A DNA stretch of 64,000 nt from an uncultured candidatus Porisulfidus sp. Lineage in GTDB: Bacteria > Pseudomonadota > Gammaproteobacteria > Poriferisulfidales > Poriferisulfidaceae. The stretch's first letter is position 1; the number at the start of each line of letters is the position of its first letter. The notes under the pieces were generated by a model, which was not told the DNA's origin, did not search any database, and worked only from the letters and a program-made list of their open reading frames with translations. Location: NCBI GenBank assembly GCA_965116025.1, contig OZ220480.1:512001-576000 (forward strand), in the 5' to 3' direction. Made by a program: the position numbers and the translations under genes. Below, in pieces: positions 52,772 to 62,599 of this stretch.

Positions 52772-52839
52772 CAATACCCCCCCTGTGGCATTAGACTGCA
52801 GGTCGCGAGGCCCCTTCGGGGGCCTCTGCTTTTTCTCTT
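52772..52839 (+). ncRNA. Candidate structured small RNA, copy 1
   Basis: Stem CCUGUGG/CUGCAGG (52782-52802), linker UCGC, perfect GAGGCCCC-UUCG-GGGGCCUC hairpin (52807-52826), then UGCUUUUUCUCUU. Confidence 0.5.
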
Positions 52840-52941
52840 GGGCGCGCTCAAGTGCTTAATGTGTCGGCATTGTTGCCCTCAATCCCTATCGCATATCTCT
52901 AGCGAAGCAGCTAGAAACCATTTTCATGGTAGGGTAGATTT

Positions 52942-52997
52942 TCCTTGTGGCTTGGGTCACGGGTCTCGGGGCCTCTTCGGATGTCCTCTCTTTTCTT
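52942..52997 (+). ncRNA. Candidate structured small RNA, copy 2
   Basis: Preceded by TG-n-TAGGGT (52927-52935). Stem CUUGUGGC/GUCACGGG (52944-52963), linker UCUC, GGGGCCUC-UUCG-GAUGUCCU hairpin (52968-52987), then CUCUUUUCUU. Confidence 0.45.
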
Positions 52998-53011
52998 GGG
53001 GGCATGGAACG

Positions 53012-53635
53012 ATGCGCACCTTCGTCTACATCGACGGCTTAAATCTCTACTACAGAGCATTGAAGGGCACCCCTTGGAAATGGCTGGATTTGTCCACCCT
53101 GCTCACGAGAATTCTCCAGCCCCATCACGATATCCTGCGGATCAAGTACTACACAGCTCGCGTGTCGGGCACATTTGGCGATCCAACTCAGCAACAGCGC
53201 CAAAGAAAATATATCAGTGCCCTCCGGAAAACCCAACCTAAGATTGAGATATCTTTTGGGCATTTTCTCTCGCACAAGGTAAGGATGCCGCTCGCGCGGC
53301 AGGATACAGTGCCGCGCATGGTGGAAGTCATTAAGACCGAGGAAAAAGCCTCGGACGTGAATCTTGCGGTCCACCTACTCAATGACAGTTGGCTTGATGT
53401 CTACGATTGCGCGGTCGTCATAAGCAACGACAGTGACCTCGCTGAAGCGATGCGCCTCGTCGGGCACCAAAACGGGAAGCGAATCGGACTTATCACGCCA
53501 GGAAAGCACCGGCCATCCCGAAAACTCATGGAGCATGCTGACTTTTCCAGACGCATTCGAGACAACGCGTTACGACAATCCCTGTTGCCGGATCAAATAC
53601 CCGGCACGAACATCAGGAAACCTTCTTGTTGGTAG
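53012..53635 (+). CDS. NYN-domain (PIN-like, LabA/DUF88) ribonuclease
   Basis: [32 protein letters not shown] acidic catalytic motifs intact; lower GC than flanks. Confidence 0.9.
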   Translation: MRTFVYIDGLNLYYRALKGTPWKWLDLSTLLTRILQPHHDILRIKYYTARVSGTFGDPTQQQRQRKYISALRKTQPKIEISFGHFLSHKVRMPLARQDTVPRMVEVIKTEEKASDVNLAVHLLNDSWLDVYDCAVVISNDSDLAEAMRLVGHQNGKRIGLITPGKHRPSRKLMEHADFSRRIRDNALRQSLLPDQIPGTNIRKPSCW

Positions 53636-53714
53636 GAACCCATTCGATGAAACGCCGCACTCAACTGGAAAACCAGAAATCTGGATCACTATAGGACGCA
53701 CGGAATCCACCGCC

Positions 53715-54755
53715 ATGGCTCATACCACTAGGGTGCTTGGAATCGAGACTTCCTGCGACGAGACCGGGATCGCGGTGTGGGACAGCGCGCGCGGACTGCT
53801 CGCCCACAAACTCTACAGCCAAGTCAAAACTCATCAACGGTACGGTGGGGTCGTGCCGGAACTGGCCTCGCGCGATCACGTGCGTCGCCTTCCTCAACTA
53901 ACCTTGGACGCGCTGGAGGAAGCGCGTTGCCTGCCCACGGAACTGAACGCCATCGCCTACACGGCCGGGCCGGGATTGATCGGCGCCCTAATGACCGGCT
54001 CCTCGTTCGCCTGTTCCATGGCCTACGCGCTGGACCGGCCAGCACTCGCCATACACCACATGGAGGCTCATCTGCTGGCGCCCCTGATGGACAATCCAGA
54101 CTTCTCTCCCCCTTTCGCGGCGCTGTTGGTCTCTGGAGGACATACCTTGCTGATGCGGGTCGACCAAATCGGGCGATACGCATGTCTCGGGCAAAGCATT
54201 GACGATGCCGTCGGCGAGGCGTTCGACAAGACCGCGCGCATTCTGAATCTCCCTTATCCTGGCGGTCCAGCCTTGGCCAAACTGGCGGAACGTGGCGACC
54301 CGGAACGCTTTCATTTCCCCCGCCCCATGCTAAATCGAGACGGTTGCGACCTGAGCTTCAGCGGCCTCAAGACTCATGCACGTCGATTGGTCGAGGCCCA
54401 CCCGGACGACGATCAGGCGGGAGCGGATATCGCGGCCGGATTTCAGGAAGCGGTGGTTGACGTTCTGATCGCCAAATCTCAACGCGCGCTGGAGGAAAGC
54501 GGTCTGGATCGTCTCGTGGTGGCTGGCGGCGTCGGCGCGAATCGAAGATTGCGAAGCCGACTGTCCCAGGCCCTCGAGAGCGACGGGCAACAAGCGCTTT
54601 GGCCGCCACCCGAATACTGCACGGACAACGGCGCCATGATCGCCTTCGCGGGCTCGTTGCGGCTACGCGACGCGGCGGCAATCAGTGGCCTAGAGATACT
54701 CAGCCGGGCGCGTTGGCCTTTGGAGGAGCTCGCGCCGCCATCCTGCCCTGCCTGA
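53715..54755 (+). CDS. tsaD: tRNA N6-threonylcarbamoyladenosine transferase
   Basis: [53 protein letters not shown]. Confidence 0.97.
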   Translation: MAHTTRVLGIETSCDETGIAVWDSARGLLAHKLYSQVKTHQRYGGVVPELASRDHVRRLPQLTLDALEEARCLPTELNAIAYTAGPGLIGALMTGSSFACSMAYALDRPALAIHHMEAHLLAPLMDNPDFSPPFAALLVSGGHTLLMRVDQIGRYACLGQSIDDAVGEAFDKTARILNLPYPGGPALAKLAERGDPERFHFPRPMLNRDGCDLSFSGLKTHARRLVEAHPDDDQAGADIAAGFQEAVVDVLIAKSQRALEESGLDRLVVAGGVGANRRLRSRLSQALESDGQQALWPPPEYCTDNGAMIAFAGSLRLRDAAAISGLEILSRARWPLEELAPPSCPA

Positions 54756-54916
54756 GATTCGAGCGAGGCCGGAGAGCGCCGATCCGATCTAGCCACCGGA
54801 AGGCGAAACGGAAGTAGCGGGAGAGGATTCGCCAGCGCGTTTCCACTCATGCCGTAGAACCACAGATCAGACTTCCAGTGAAGCCCGAAGCATGAAGCGC
54901 TGCCGTCTCTCGGAAA

Positions 54917-55477
54917 TCAACCTCCGCCCCCGCCCCACTTTATCGAGCACCCCATGCTCGGAGTCTGGTCTTCGGGACCTTCGCCGGTTTTCGCGATCTG
55001 GACCATCGCCTCGTGCAAATCCCGCCGCGCGGCCGGAACGGGATGCATGCCGCTCGCGTCCAGGCGCCCCCGGTACTGCAACTCGAGGTCCGCGTTGTAC
55101 CCGAAGAAGTCTGGCGTGCAGACCGCGCCGTAGGCTCGCGCCACCCGTTGCGATTCGTCCAGAAGATAGGGAAACGGAAAGTCGTGATCGCGCGCGATCA
55201 CGATCATGTTGTCGAACGAGTCTTCTGGATATTCGGTCGGATCGTTCGACATGATGGCCACCGAATGGACGCCATGCGAGCGCAGCTCGCCCGCGTCTCG
55301 CGCGATCCGGTCGCGCACCGCCTTGACGTAAGGGCAATGGTTGCAGATGAACATCACCAGGGTCCCAGCGTCGCCCCGGCAATCCTCCAGCGACCACTCG
55401 CGTCCGTCGACTCCGGGCAGGGCGAAATCGATCGCCGGGCGACCGAAATCGCAAACTGGAGTTCGCTTGAGACTCAC
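54917..55477 (-). CDS. Thioredoxin-fold protein (AhpC/TSA-like)
   Basis: FICNHCPYVK, YPEDS, A.CTPDFF, YRGRLD, PSMGCSIKW. Confidence 0.9.
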   Translation of the reverse strand: MSLKRTPVCDFGRPAIDFALPGVDGREWSLEDCRGDAGTLVMFICNHCPYVKAVRDRIARDAGELRSHGVHSVAIMSNDPTEYPEDSFDNMIVIARDHDFPFPYLLDESQRVARAYGAVCTPDFFGYNADLELQYRGRLDASGMHPVPAARRDLHEAMVQIAKTGEGPEDQTPSMGCSIKWGGGGG

Positions 55478-56244
55478 GCGCGGACGTCCTCAAGCGCCCG
55501 CGAGGCGGCCTGCGCCAAAAACAGGGCGTCGACGCCAACGCCCACCAAACTGAATCCCATCTCCACGTACCGGGACACCGTATCCGGCTTGAGCCCGAAA
55601 ATGCCCGGAACCTTTCCTGCCTCCCGGCAAGCCGCCAAGACTTCGGCGATCGCTTCCCGAATCGCCGGGGCCCCCACCTGACCCGGTATGCCCATGCTCG
55701 TGGACAGGTCGTAGGGTCCGATGAACAGCGCGTCGACCCCTTCCACGTCGGCCAGTTCCCGAACGTTCTCCACCGCGTCCTTGTGCTCGATCTGGATGAC
55801 CGTCAGCAGCGAATCGTTCGCTTGGGCCAGATACTCCTCGAATCTCGCCCCGTAGCGATGCGCGCGGGCGATGCCCACGCCTCGCTCTCCCCGCGGCGGG
55901 TACTTGGCGTACGTGACCACCTGCTCCGCCTGCGCCACCGTGTTGACTTGGGGCGCGATGATACCGCTCGCACCGACATCCAGCGCCTTCTCGATCCAGG
56001 TCTCTTCATGCACTGGAATCCGGACCAAGCACGGCGTTCTGTCTCCGGTTCCCTGGATGAGCGCTTCAATGGCGAGCGGATCGAACGCGCCGTGCTCGGC
56101 ATCGATGAACAGCCAGTCGAATCCGATATCGCCCATGATCTCGGCCACCTGCGGGCTGTTGATACTGATGATCGTGCCGACCAGCGTCTCGCCAGCGCGG
56201 ACCCGCCGGCGGAAATCGTTCTCGCAGACCAGAGGGCCGCTCAT
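55474..56244 (-). CDS. HpcH/HpaI aldolase family protein
   Basis: FDW.FID.EHG, ALD.GA.GI, YPP.G.RG, IQIE, FIGP.DLS. Confidence 0.9.
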   Translation of the reverse strand: MSGPLVCENDFRRRVRAGETLVGTIISINSPQVAEIMGDIGFDWLFIDAEHGAFDPLAIEALIQGTGDRTPCLVRIPVHEETWIEKALDVGASGIIAPQVNTVAQAEQVVTYAKYPPRGERGVGIARAHRYGARFEEYLAQANDSLLTVIQIEHKDAVENVRELADVEGVDALFIGPYDLSTSMGIPGQVGAPAIREAIAEVLAACREAGKVPGIFGLKPDTVSRYVEMGFSLVGVGVDALFLAQAASRALEDVRA

Positions 56245-56894
56245 GGCAACGTCTCCACTCCCTGGTCGGTGCCGATCAGCAACACGTCGGCGCCGCGCCG
56301 GGCGAACAGCCCGACCGTGACCACGCCGGGAATCTGGTTCAGGGTCGATTCCATCTCGGGGGGATCCAGAATCTCCAGATTGTGGACGTCCAGGATGAGA
56401 TTGCCGTGGTCGGTCACGAAGCCCTCGCGCCATTCCGGCATGCCCCCGCGCCGAACCAGCTCGCGCGCCACCATCGAGCGCGCCATGGGAATGACCTCGA
56501 CCGGCAGGGGAAACGCGCCAAGACGATCCACCAGCTTGCTATCGTCGATGACGCACACGAAGGTCTCGCTGCATTCGGCAATGATCTTCTCGCCCGTCAG
56601 CGCGCCGCCGCCGCCCTTGATCAGGCCGCGATGCCGGGTCGCCTCGTCCGCTCCGTCCACGTACAGTCGCAACGGCCCGACCGCGTTCAGGTCCACGACC
56701 GGTATGCCGATTTCGCGCAACCGCTCGGCGCTCGCGCACGAGGACGGGACCGCGGCCTCGATCTTGTTCTTGACCGAGGCCAAGGCGTCAATGAAGAAGT
56801 TGGCGGTCGAGCCAGTTCCCACGCCCAGGACCTCGCCGGGCTGGATACGCTCCAAAGCGGCCTCCGCCGCTTTTCTCTTCTTGAGATCGACCAT
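56241..56894 (-). CDS. rpiA: Ribose-5-phosphate isomerase A
   Basis: [36 protein letters not shown]. Confidence 0.97.
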   Translation of the reverse strand: MVDLKKRKAAEAALERIQPGEVLGVGTGSTANFFIDALASVKNKIEAAVPSSCASAERLREIGIPVVDLNAVGPLRLYVDGADEATRHRGLIKGGGGALTGEKIIAECSETFVCVIDDSKLVDRLGAFPLPVEVIPMARSMVARELVRRGGMPEWREGFVTDHGNLILDVHNLEILDPPEMESTLNQIPGVVTVGLFARRGADVLLIGTDQGVETLP

Positions 56895-56941
56895 CTTTAG
56901 GAATCCCTATAATCGTCACGCAAGTTTAACACCCGCGAGCT

Positions 56942-57178
56942 ATGCCGTATTTCGTTTTCCAAATCGAGGGCGCCAACCCGGAAACCCGCGAGATTCATTT
57001 TCTGCGATCCTTCGAGGCCTACCGGGAAGCGCGCGCGAGCGCGCGAGAGGAGCGGGCCAAGCGTCCCGACGCGGAGCCGGAAGCCATTCGCGTGGTCTTC
57101 GCGGAATCCCGGGAATTGGCCGAGGGACTGCTACGGCAGCCCCGCGAGGCCCCGATCCTGCAGGAATGGGAAAAGTGA
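56942..57178 (+). CDS. Small conserved hypothetical protein
   Basis: MPYFVF.I ... F..Y.EA...AR..R ... FAE....AE..L..PRE pattern; host-like codon usage. Confidence 0.65.
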   Translation: MPYFVFQIEGANPETREIHFLRSFEAYREARASAREERAKRPDAEPEAIRVVFAESRELAEGLLRQPREAPILQEWEK

Positions 57179-57402
57179 GATCCGTCCTCGCGCGCGTCTT
57201 CGCGCTAAGATCGATTTTTCCGCCATGCGGTGGAGCATCCTGTTGGTTCGGGGTGATCGCTGGCGTTATGCTGGAACGATCATGGAAATAGTCTTCCCGC
57301 TGACTGGCGAAAACGGGAGCGCGGCCAGACGCGGACCGCGCCAACGGCCGAGAACCGGAAACGGACCGTTCTCCTCACCCGGAGAAATCGCCCGCGAACC
57401 TG

Positions 57403-57843
57403 ATGAATGAAGTCGAGTATCGGAACGCCTACCATGCGATCAACGAGCGGCGGTGTCATTTCGAGAAAACCATAAACGCCCGTGTTTGCGCCTGCCGCCA
57501 TATGCGGAGATTCAACCTGGCGGACCGGGAAGGCGTCGGATGCGATGACTCCGAGGCGCGCGAGACTTGCGCCGAGTGGCTCCACGCGGTCCGCCAAGCG
57601 TCACGCTTCACCCTGTCTCGGCCTCGCTCCGTGGACGTTCTCCCGCACCGGTTGGAAGCGAAAGTCCAGGCGGGCGGCCTTCTGGGTCTCGCCGAACTGG
57701 TCCACGGCGGCGGCGCGGTCGACGATGTCGCGGGCCTGCTGGAACACGCGATCAATGACTATGGCGATATCGCCAGCGTTCCCATTCCCGATATCGTGAC
57801 CACCGTCGCGGGATACGAGCCACGCCCTCGCAAGCGACGGTAG
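57403..57843 (+). CDS. Cys-containing conserved hypothetical protein
   Basis: C.FEK, CAC, LADRE.V.C, LPH, K.Q.GGL.GL pattern. Confidence 0.7.
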   Translation: MNEVEYRNAYHAINERRCHFEKTINARVCACRHMRRFNLADREGVGCDDSEARETCAEWLHAVRQASRFTLSRPRSVDVLPHRLEAKVQAGGLLGLAELVHGGGAVDDVAGLLEHAINDYGDIASVPIPDIVTTVAGYEPRPRKRR

Positions 57844-57871
57844 GAAACCACCCCGATCACCCTCGCGACGC

Positions 57872-57945
57872 TATCTGTCATTATCTATTAATATTTGACT
57901 ATTCATATCTATATTCGCCAAAATATTTGCTACAATTCCACAAGA
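57872..57945 (+). promoter_or_regulatory. AT-rich promoter region of the TA operon
   Basis: Sharp AT-rich patch; TTGACT (57895-57900) and TG-n-TACAAT (57928-57936). Confidence 0.55.
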
Positions 57946-57977
57946 CGGAACTTGAATGGATCTAGACCTTCCCGAAC

Positions 57978-58466
57978 ATGAGCGACCCCATGCGCGCGAA
58001 CAATCCCGTCGCGATGAGGATCGTCGTGGAGGGGCTGCCCACGCTGTCCGCCAAGATCCGGGCGCTGGGCGAGGCGGGGTACGCATGCGCGGACATCGCC
58101 AGATTCTTGAACCGGCGCTACCAGCACGTGCGCAACGTCTTGGCGCGGAAGCCCCCGAAATCCAAATCTAACGAGACGTGCCCCGCGGAGCCCCGCGAGC
58201 CTGGAAATGTCGAGCCGAAGACGTTGCGGGTCGCCGAGAACGGCCGCGTCCTGATCCCCGCTGAGATGCGCGCGGCGATGCTGATCAACGCCGCCAGCCA
58301 TGTGACCGCGCGGGTCATTGAGGGCGAACTGAGAATCATCGCTCCGATGGCCGCGCTCCTGAAAACGCGGAAAGCTCTCCGGAAGAAAATCCCCGCCACC
58401 GTGTCGCTGGTCGACGAGTTCATCGCCGAAAGACGCGCGGAAGCGCGGCGCGAGGCCGATGAATGA
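57978..58466 (+). CDS. vapB: AbrB/MazE-type antitoxin with an extra N-terminal HTH-like domain
   Basis: KIRAL...ADIARFL..RYQHVRNVL, then V..NGRVLIPAEMR.AM and SLVDEFIAERR.EA; overlaps vapC. Confidence 0.8.
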   Translation: MSDPMRANNPVAMRIVVEGLPTLSAKIRALGEAGYACADIARFLNRRYQHVRNVLARKPPKSKSNETCPAEPREPGNVEPKTLRVAENGRVLIPAEMRAAMLINAASHVTARVIEGELRIIAPMAALLKTRKALRKKIPATVSLVDEFIAERRAEARREADE

Positions 58467-58843
58467 GCATGGTTCTCGACGCTTCGGTCGTGCTCGCGGT
58501 CTTCAGCGAAGAGCTTGACGAGAGAAGGACCGAGGAGATTCTGGCCGGGGGACTGATCAGCGCCACGAACTTCTCGGAGGTTCTGTCGAAACTGGTGGAT
58601 GTCGGTCTTGATGACGACGGCGCCGTCAGCGCGCTCGACGCGTTCCCGCTCACTATCGTGCCGGTCGACGCGAGGCAGGCGCGACTCGCGGGACTGCTGC
58701 GCCGCCAGACACGTCGATACGGGTTATCCTTGGGGGACCGCGCCTGCTTGGCCTTGGCGGCGTCAACGGGATTTCCCGCGATCACGGCGGACCGGGTCTG
58801 GGCGAAACTGGACCTCGGCATAGAAACCAAGGTGATCCGATAG
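58463..58843 (+). CDS. vapC: VapC (PIN-domain) toxin
   Basis: VLDAS, IS..N..EV, GLSLGDRACLALA, TADR.W. Confidence 0.9.
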   Translation: MSMVLDASVVLAVFSEELDERRTEEILAGGLISATNFSEVLSKLVDVGLDDDGAVSALDAFPLTIVPVDARQARLAGLLRRQTRRYGLSLGDRACLALAASTGFPAITADRVWAKLDLGIETKVIR

Positions 58844-58983
58844 CGCGAGAGTCCATGGCCACCCGCGAGCGCTCGCCTTCCCATCGCGACCGCCGACCCA
58901 AAAATTCAGAATAGGGATCGGAGAGCCGCGAGCCGACGCGCTATGATGGCGAGAGATTGACTCCCTCGCCGAGGTGAATCCCC

Positions 58984-59601
58984 ATGTCTCCCATTCCAGA
59001 AGAGCTGAGGCTGGACCGACAGGCGCGCGAGCTCCACGTCCGCTTCGACGATGGCGCCCAGTTCGCGCTCCCTTGCGAGTACCTGCGCGTCTTCTCCCCT
59101 TCCGCCGAGGTGAAGGCCGCGCGTTCCCGGGGCGATCTGGTCACGGACAAGCAAGAGGTCCGCATCGAGCGCATCGAGCCGTACGGGGCCTATGCCGTTC
59201 GGCTTCACTTCAGCGACGGCCACGACACTGGGATCTATTCCTGGGATTCCCTTTATCAACTGGGCCGCAACCGCGAGAAGAACTGGAAGAGCTACTTGGC
59301 CGGGCTGGAGCGACTGGGCGAGCCTTCCACGGACGACGAGAGGCGGGAGGTCACCGTCCTGCTTTCCGGCTCCTTGGCCGAGGATCTGGACGCGAAACGG
59401 CTGGACGCGGTGTTGCCCAGCGAAACGGCGACCGTCGCGGAGCTTTTGTATTGGCTGCGTCAGCGCGGAGGCGGATGGCGCGAGGCCATCGACCCTGGAC
59501 GACTGAACGTCATGGTCAACCGGCAATCCGCCGACCCAGGCCTCCGCCTGCGCGACGGAGACGAGGTCTCGCTGACTCCGACTCGCAAGAACGTCTCCTG
59601 A
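58984..59601 (+). CDS. DUF971 (GBBH-N-like) domain fused to a MoaD/ThiS-like domain
   Basis: EYLRV.SPSAEV and YAV.L.FSDGHDTGIYSW, then beta-grasp pattern TVAELL..L, VMVN, L.DGDEV. Confidence 0.8.
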   Translation: MSPIPEELRLDRQARELHVRFDDGAQFALPCEYLRVFSPSAEVKAARSRGDLVTDKQEVRIERIEPYGAYAVRLHFSDGHDTGIYSWDSLYQLGRNREKNWKSYLAGLERLGEPSTDDERREVTVLLSGSLAEDLDAKRLDAVLPSETATVAELLYWLRQRGGGWREAIDPGRLNVMVNRQSADPGLRLRDGDEVSLTPTRKNVS

Positions 59602-59610
59602 GGCGAGCGT

Positions 59611-60939
59611 TCAAGCGACCGCGGAACCCAGCTCGGTCAGCAGGACCCCGGTCAGCGCGCATGTGACCAGCACCGGGACGACCGAAACCCGACCGGCGGT
59701 GAGCGCCAGCAACGCCAGTCCGGCCATCAGCGCCATGTTCCAGTCTGGCGGACCTCCCCAACCGCTCGACCAGACCACATGGCCCGCGAACGTCACTCCC
59801 AGATTCAGCATCACGCCGACTACCGCGGCCGTGATCGCGGTGAGAGGCGCGGTGAACGCGGGGCGCTCGCGCGTCCGCTCAATGTAGGGAGCGCCAATGA
59901 AAATGAACAGGAACGAGGGAAGGAACGTGTACCAGGCGGCCACCGCGGCGGCCAGAATTCCCGCCTCCACGACGCGGTCCGGGCCCAGCAGCTGACCTTC
60001 CCATCCGCCCACGAAACCGACGAACGAGGTGATCGCCACCAAGGGGCCAGGAATCAACTCGCGCAACGCGAGTCCGTCGATCATCTGGGCCGCGGTGATC
60101 CACTGGAAATGCTCGACCGCGCTCTGGTACACGTACGGAAGCACCGCGTAGGCGCCCCCGAACGACAATACCGCGGCCTTGCTGAAGAACACCGACATAT
60201 CGGCCAGCGCGCCACTGTCGTCGACCCAGCGCGCCGCCGCGTACACGCCAGCCCACAAAGCGGCTCCGGTCGCGCACAATCCCACAATTCCCCGTCGAGT
60301 GATCGAGAGAGCGGTCACGAAACCTTCTTCCCGCGTCGCGGCGGTCTCGGCCCCGGGCTCGGGCGGCGCGATCCAGGCGGGCCGAACGTGATGCGCCAAC
60401 CAGCCTAGAACGCCCGCCGAGATGATGATCAGAGGAAAAGGGAGGTGGAGCGCGTGCAGGCCCGCGAACGCCGCGAGCGCCACCGTCCACAGCAGGGCGT
60501 TGCGCAAGACTCGTCGGCCAATTCTCCAGATCGCGCACAGGATCAACGCCGTGACCGCCGGCTTGACTCCATACAGCGACGCGGCCACCCAGCCGACATC
60601 GCCGAACTCCAGATACAGCCAAGCCAGCGCCACGATCATGAGGAGCGAGGGCGCGACGAACAGCGCGCCGGCGACCAGCCCTCCGAGCTTTCCGTGCAGT
60701 AGCCAGCCAATGTAGGTCGCCAGCTGTTGCGCCTCCGGGCCTGGCAACGCCATCGTATAGTTGAGGGCGTGCAGAAACCGTCTCTCCGAGATCCATCGGA
60801 GCCGTTCCACCAGCTCCAGATGCATGATCCCAATGGCGCCGCCCGGACCGCCGAAGCTGACGAATCCCAGGCGCAACCAGTACCGCATGGCGCGCCACAG
60901 ACCGAGCGAGCGCGCCTCAGTCTTGCATGGTTCGGTCAT
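59611..60939 (-). CDS. chrA: Chromate efflux transporter
   Basis: SFGGP.G, WISE.RFLHALNY..LPGPEAQQLA, SFGGAYAVLPY, TFLPSF, AAVVGV. Confidence 0.92.
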   Translation of the reverse strand: MTEPCKTEARSLGLWRAMRYWLRLGFVSFGGPGGAIGIMHLELVERLRWISERRFLHALNYTMALPGPEAQQLATYIGWLLHGKLGGLVAGALFVAPSLLMIVALAWLYLEFGDVGWVAASLYGVKPAVTALILCAIWRIGRRVLRNALLWTVALAAFAGLHALHLPFPLIIISAGVLGWLAHHVRPAWIAPPEPGAETAATREEGFVTALSITRRGIVGLCATGAALWAGVYAAARWVDDSGALADMSVFFSKAAVLSFGGAYAVLPYVYQSAVEHFQWITAAQMIDGLALRELIPGPLVAITSFVGFVGGWEGQLLGPDRVVEAGILAAAVAAWYTFLPSFLFIFIGAPYIERTRERPAFTAPLTAITAAVVGVMLNLGVTFAGHVVWSSGWGGPPDWNMALMAGLALLALTAGRVSVVPVLVTCALTGVLLTELGSAVA

Positions 60940-60983
60940 TTGATGCACACTACTACGCGCGGCAATCAATAAAGGAGGCTTTC

Positions 60984-61301
60984 ATGTCGAATGATATCGT
61001 TTCCCGCTCCGGCGCGGTCGTCGGTCAGTGGGACGGAAAGGACGTCGAGGACCTGCAACGGGAACTGGCGCGAATCAAGCGCGAGGTCACGGGCGACAAA
61101 GTCGAGCCGTCCGGGGTTCCGCATCAGGACCAGTTTCCTGATGACCTGAGGAATTTTACCGCCTATATCCTTTGGGGTTGCGATTCGAGCAACGTCTGCT
61201 TGGTCGGCTCTGGCGCCAACCGCACCGAATCGGTCGATTCGATCCGGGAGTTTTACGGCAACCAGATCGCCAAGGACGCGATGGCCCGGCACGATTCGTG
61301 A
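60984..61301 (+). CDS. Conserved hypothetical protein
   Basis: Strong AAGGAGG RBS; 105-aa ORF with host-like codon usage. Confidence 0.7.
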   Translation: MSNDIVSRSGAVVGQWDGKDVEDLQRELARIKREVTGDKVEPSGVPHQDQFPDDLRNFTAYILWGCDSSNVCLVGSGANRTESVDSIREFYGNQIAKDAMARHDS

Positions 61302-61495
61302 CGTTCGGCGCGTAATTGGCTTGACGGGGACTAGGCGGAAGCCTGGTTGGCGGTTTCGCCTGCCGGCCCCGCTTCCGCTCGTCTCCTCTCAAGAAGGCGC
61401 CGTCCTTCCGTCGCGAGATATCTCGGGCTTTACCGAGAGGCGAGCCCTCTCGCGGGCGGGAAAGCCCGCTCGGCGAGGCGGTACACTGAACTCCC

Positions 61496-62599
61496 ATGCG
61501 AATCTATCTGGTGGGCGGCGCGGTCCGCGATCAACTGCTGGGGCTGCCCATCTCGGAACGCGATTGGGTCGTCGTCGGGTCGAGCCCGCGGCAACTTTTG
61601 GATCTTGGCTACCAAACGGTCGGCCGCGACTTTCCCGTGTTCCTGCATCCCGAGACCGGAGAAGAATACGCGCTAGCGCGCACCGAGCGCAAGACCGGCG
61701 TCGGCTACCACGGGTTCTCGTTTCACTACGACCCGAAAGTCACTCTGGAGGAGGATCTGCTCCGCCGGGATCTGACCATCAACGCGATGGCCCGGAGCGC
61801 GGAGGGAAAATTGATCGACCCCTATGGCGGGCGACGCGACCTGGAGAGGCGCGTTCTACGCCACGTGTCTCCCGCCTTCGACGAGGACCCCCTGCGCGCG
61901 CTTCGGGCCGCGCGCTTCGCGGCGCGTTTTCACGAGCTGGGCTTCCGGATCGCCAAGGAAACCTCCGAGCGAATGCGCGCGATCGCGGAAAGCGGGGAAC
62001 TGGACGCGCTGACCCCGGAACGCGTGTTTCAGGAGTTGCGCCGGGCTCTCATGGAGCCGAATCCGGAAACTTTCGTCTCCGCGCTCGCCAAATGCGGAGC
62101 CTGGCAAACGGTATTCCCGCTGCTGTCCGACCCGGTGACCGTCGCGCGGACCTTGCGCGCGGCGGCTCAGGCGAAGATCTCGCCAACCGCGCGCTTCGCC
62201 TGTCTCTCATGGCATAGTCGCGATGTCGAGGCCTGGTGCGACGCCATCCGCGCGCCCCGCGCACTGGCCAAAGCGGGCGCGTTGCTTCGTCGACTATTTC
62301 CCGTGTGGGCGGACCTGGACCCAGAGGATCCAGCGGCCGTGCTAGCTTTGCTCGAATCGCTTGACGCCACGCGAAGGCCCGAGCAATTCGAGGACTTCAG
62401 CGCGGCCGCCGCCACGCTCGGCCCCGTGTTCGGGCTGGACCGCGCGCGCGCTGACCACCGGCTGAGAATCGCCCGCGCCGCGTTGCTCGATTGCGACGAG
62501 AAGTCCGCCGCCCAGCGAATCGACCACCGGACGATCGGAGAGCGAGTTCGAGAAGCGCGCCTCGACGCCGTGCGCGCCGCCTTAATGGAAGACCAGTAG
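61496..62599 (+). CDS. cca: CCA tRNA nucleotidyltransferase (short form, no HD domain)
   Basis: [53 protein letters not shown]. Confidence 0.93.
   Translation: MRIYLVGGAVRDQLLGLPISERDWVVVGSSPRQLLDLGYQTVGRDFPVFLHPETGEEYALARTERKTGVGYHGFSFHYDPKVTLEEDLLRRDLTINAMARSAEGKLIDPYGGRRDLERRVLRHVSPAFDEDPLRALRAARFAARFHELGFRIAKETSERMRAIAESGELDALTPERVFQELRRALMEPNPETFVSALAKCGAWQTVFPLLSDPVTVARTLRAAAQAKISPTARFACLSWHSRDVEAWCDAIRAPRALAKAGALLRRLFPVWADLDPEDPAAVLALLESLDATRRPEQFEDFSAAAATLGPVFGLDRARADHRLRIARAALLDCDEKSAAQRIDHRTIGERVREARLDAVRAALMEDQ

Noticed and set aside
52772-52997. Mini-CRISPR interpretation of the two repeats
   Set aside because: The units are too diverged, separated by ~100 nt, each with its own promoter-like and terminator-like elements, and there are no cas genes.
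52754-53011. 86-codon in-frame N-terminal extension of the NYN ORF (TTG start)
   Set aside because: The TTG lies inside the putative promoter and the extension crosses two terminator-like hairpins; NYN homology begins at MRTFVYIDG (53012). The absence of stops is noted but treated as chance.
60045-60080. ChrA motif variant GLALRELIPGP (usually GLALGETTPGP)
   Set aside because: Local substitutions in an otherwise intact gene; not enough to infer altered function.
62582-62599. 18-nt convergent overlap of cca and uppP
   Set aside because: Common in compact genomes.
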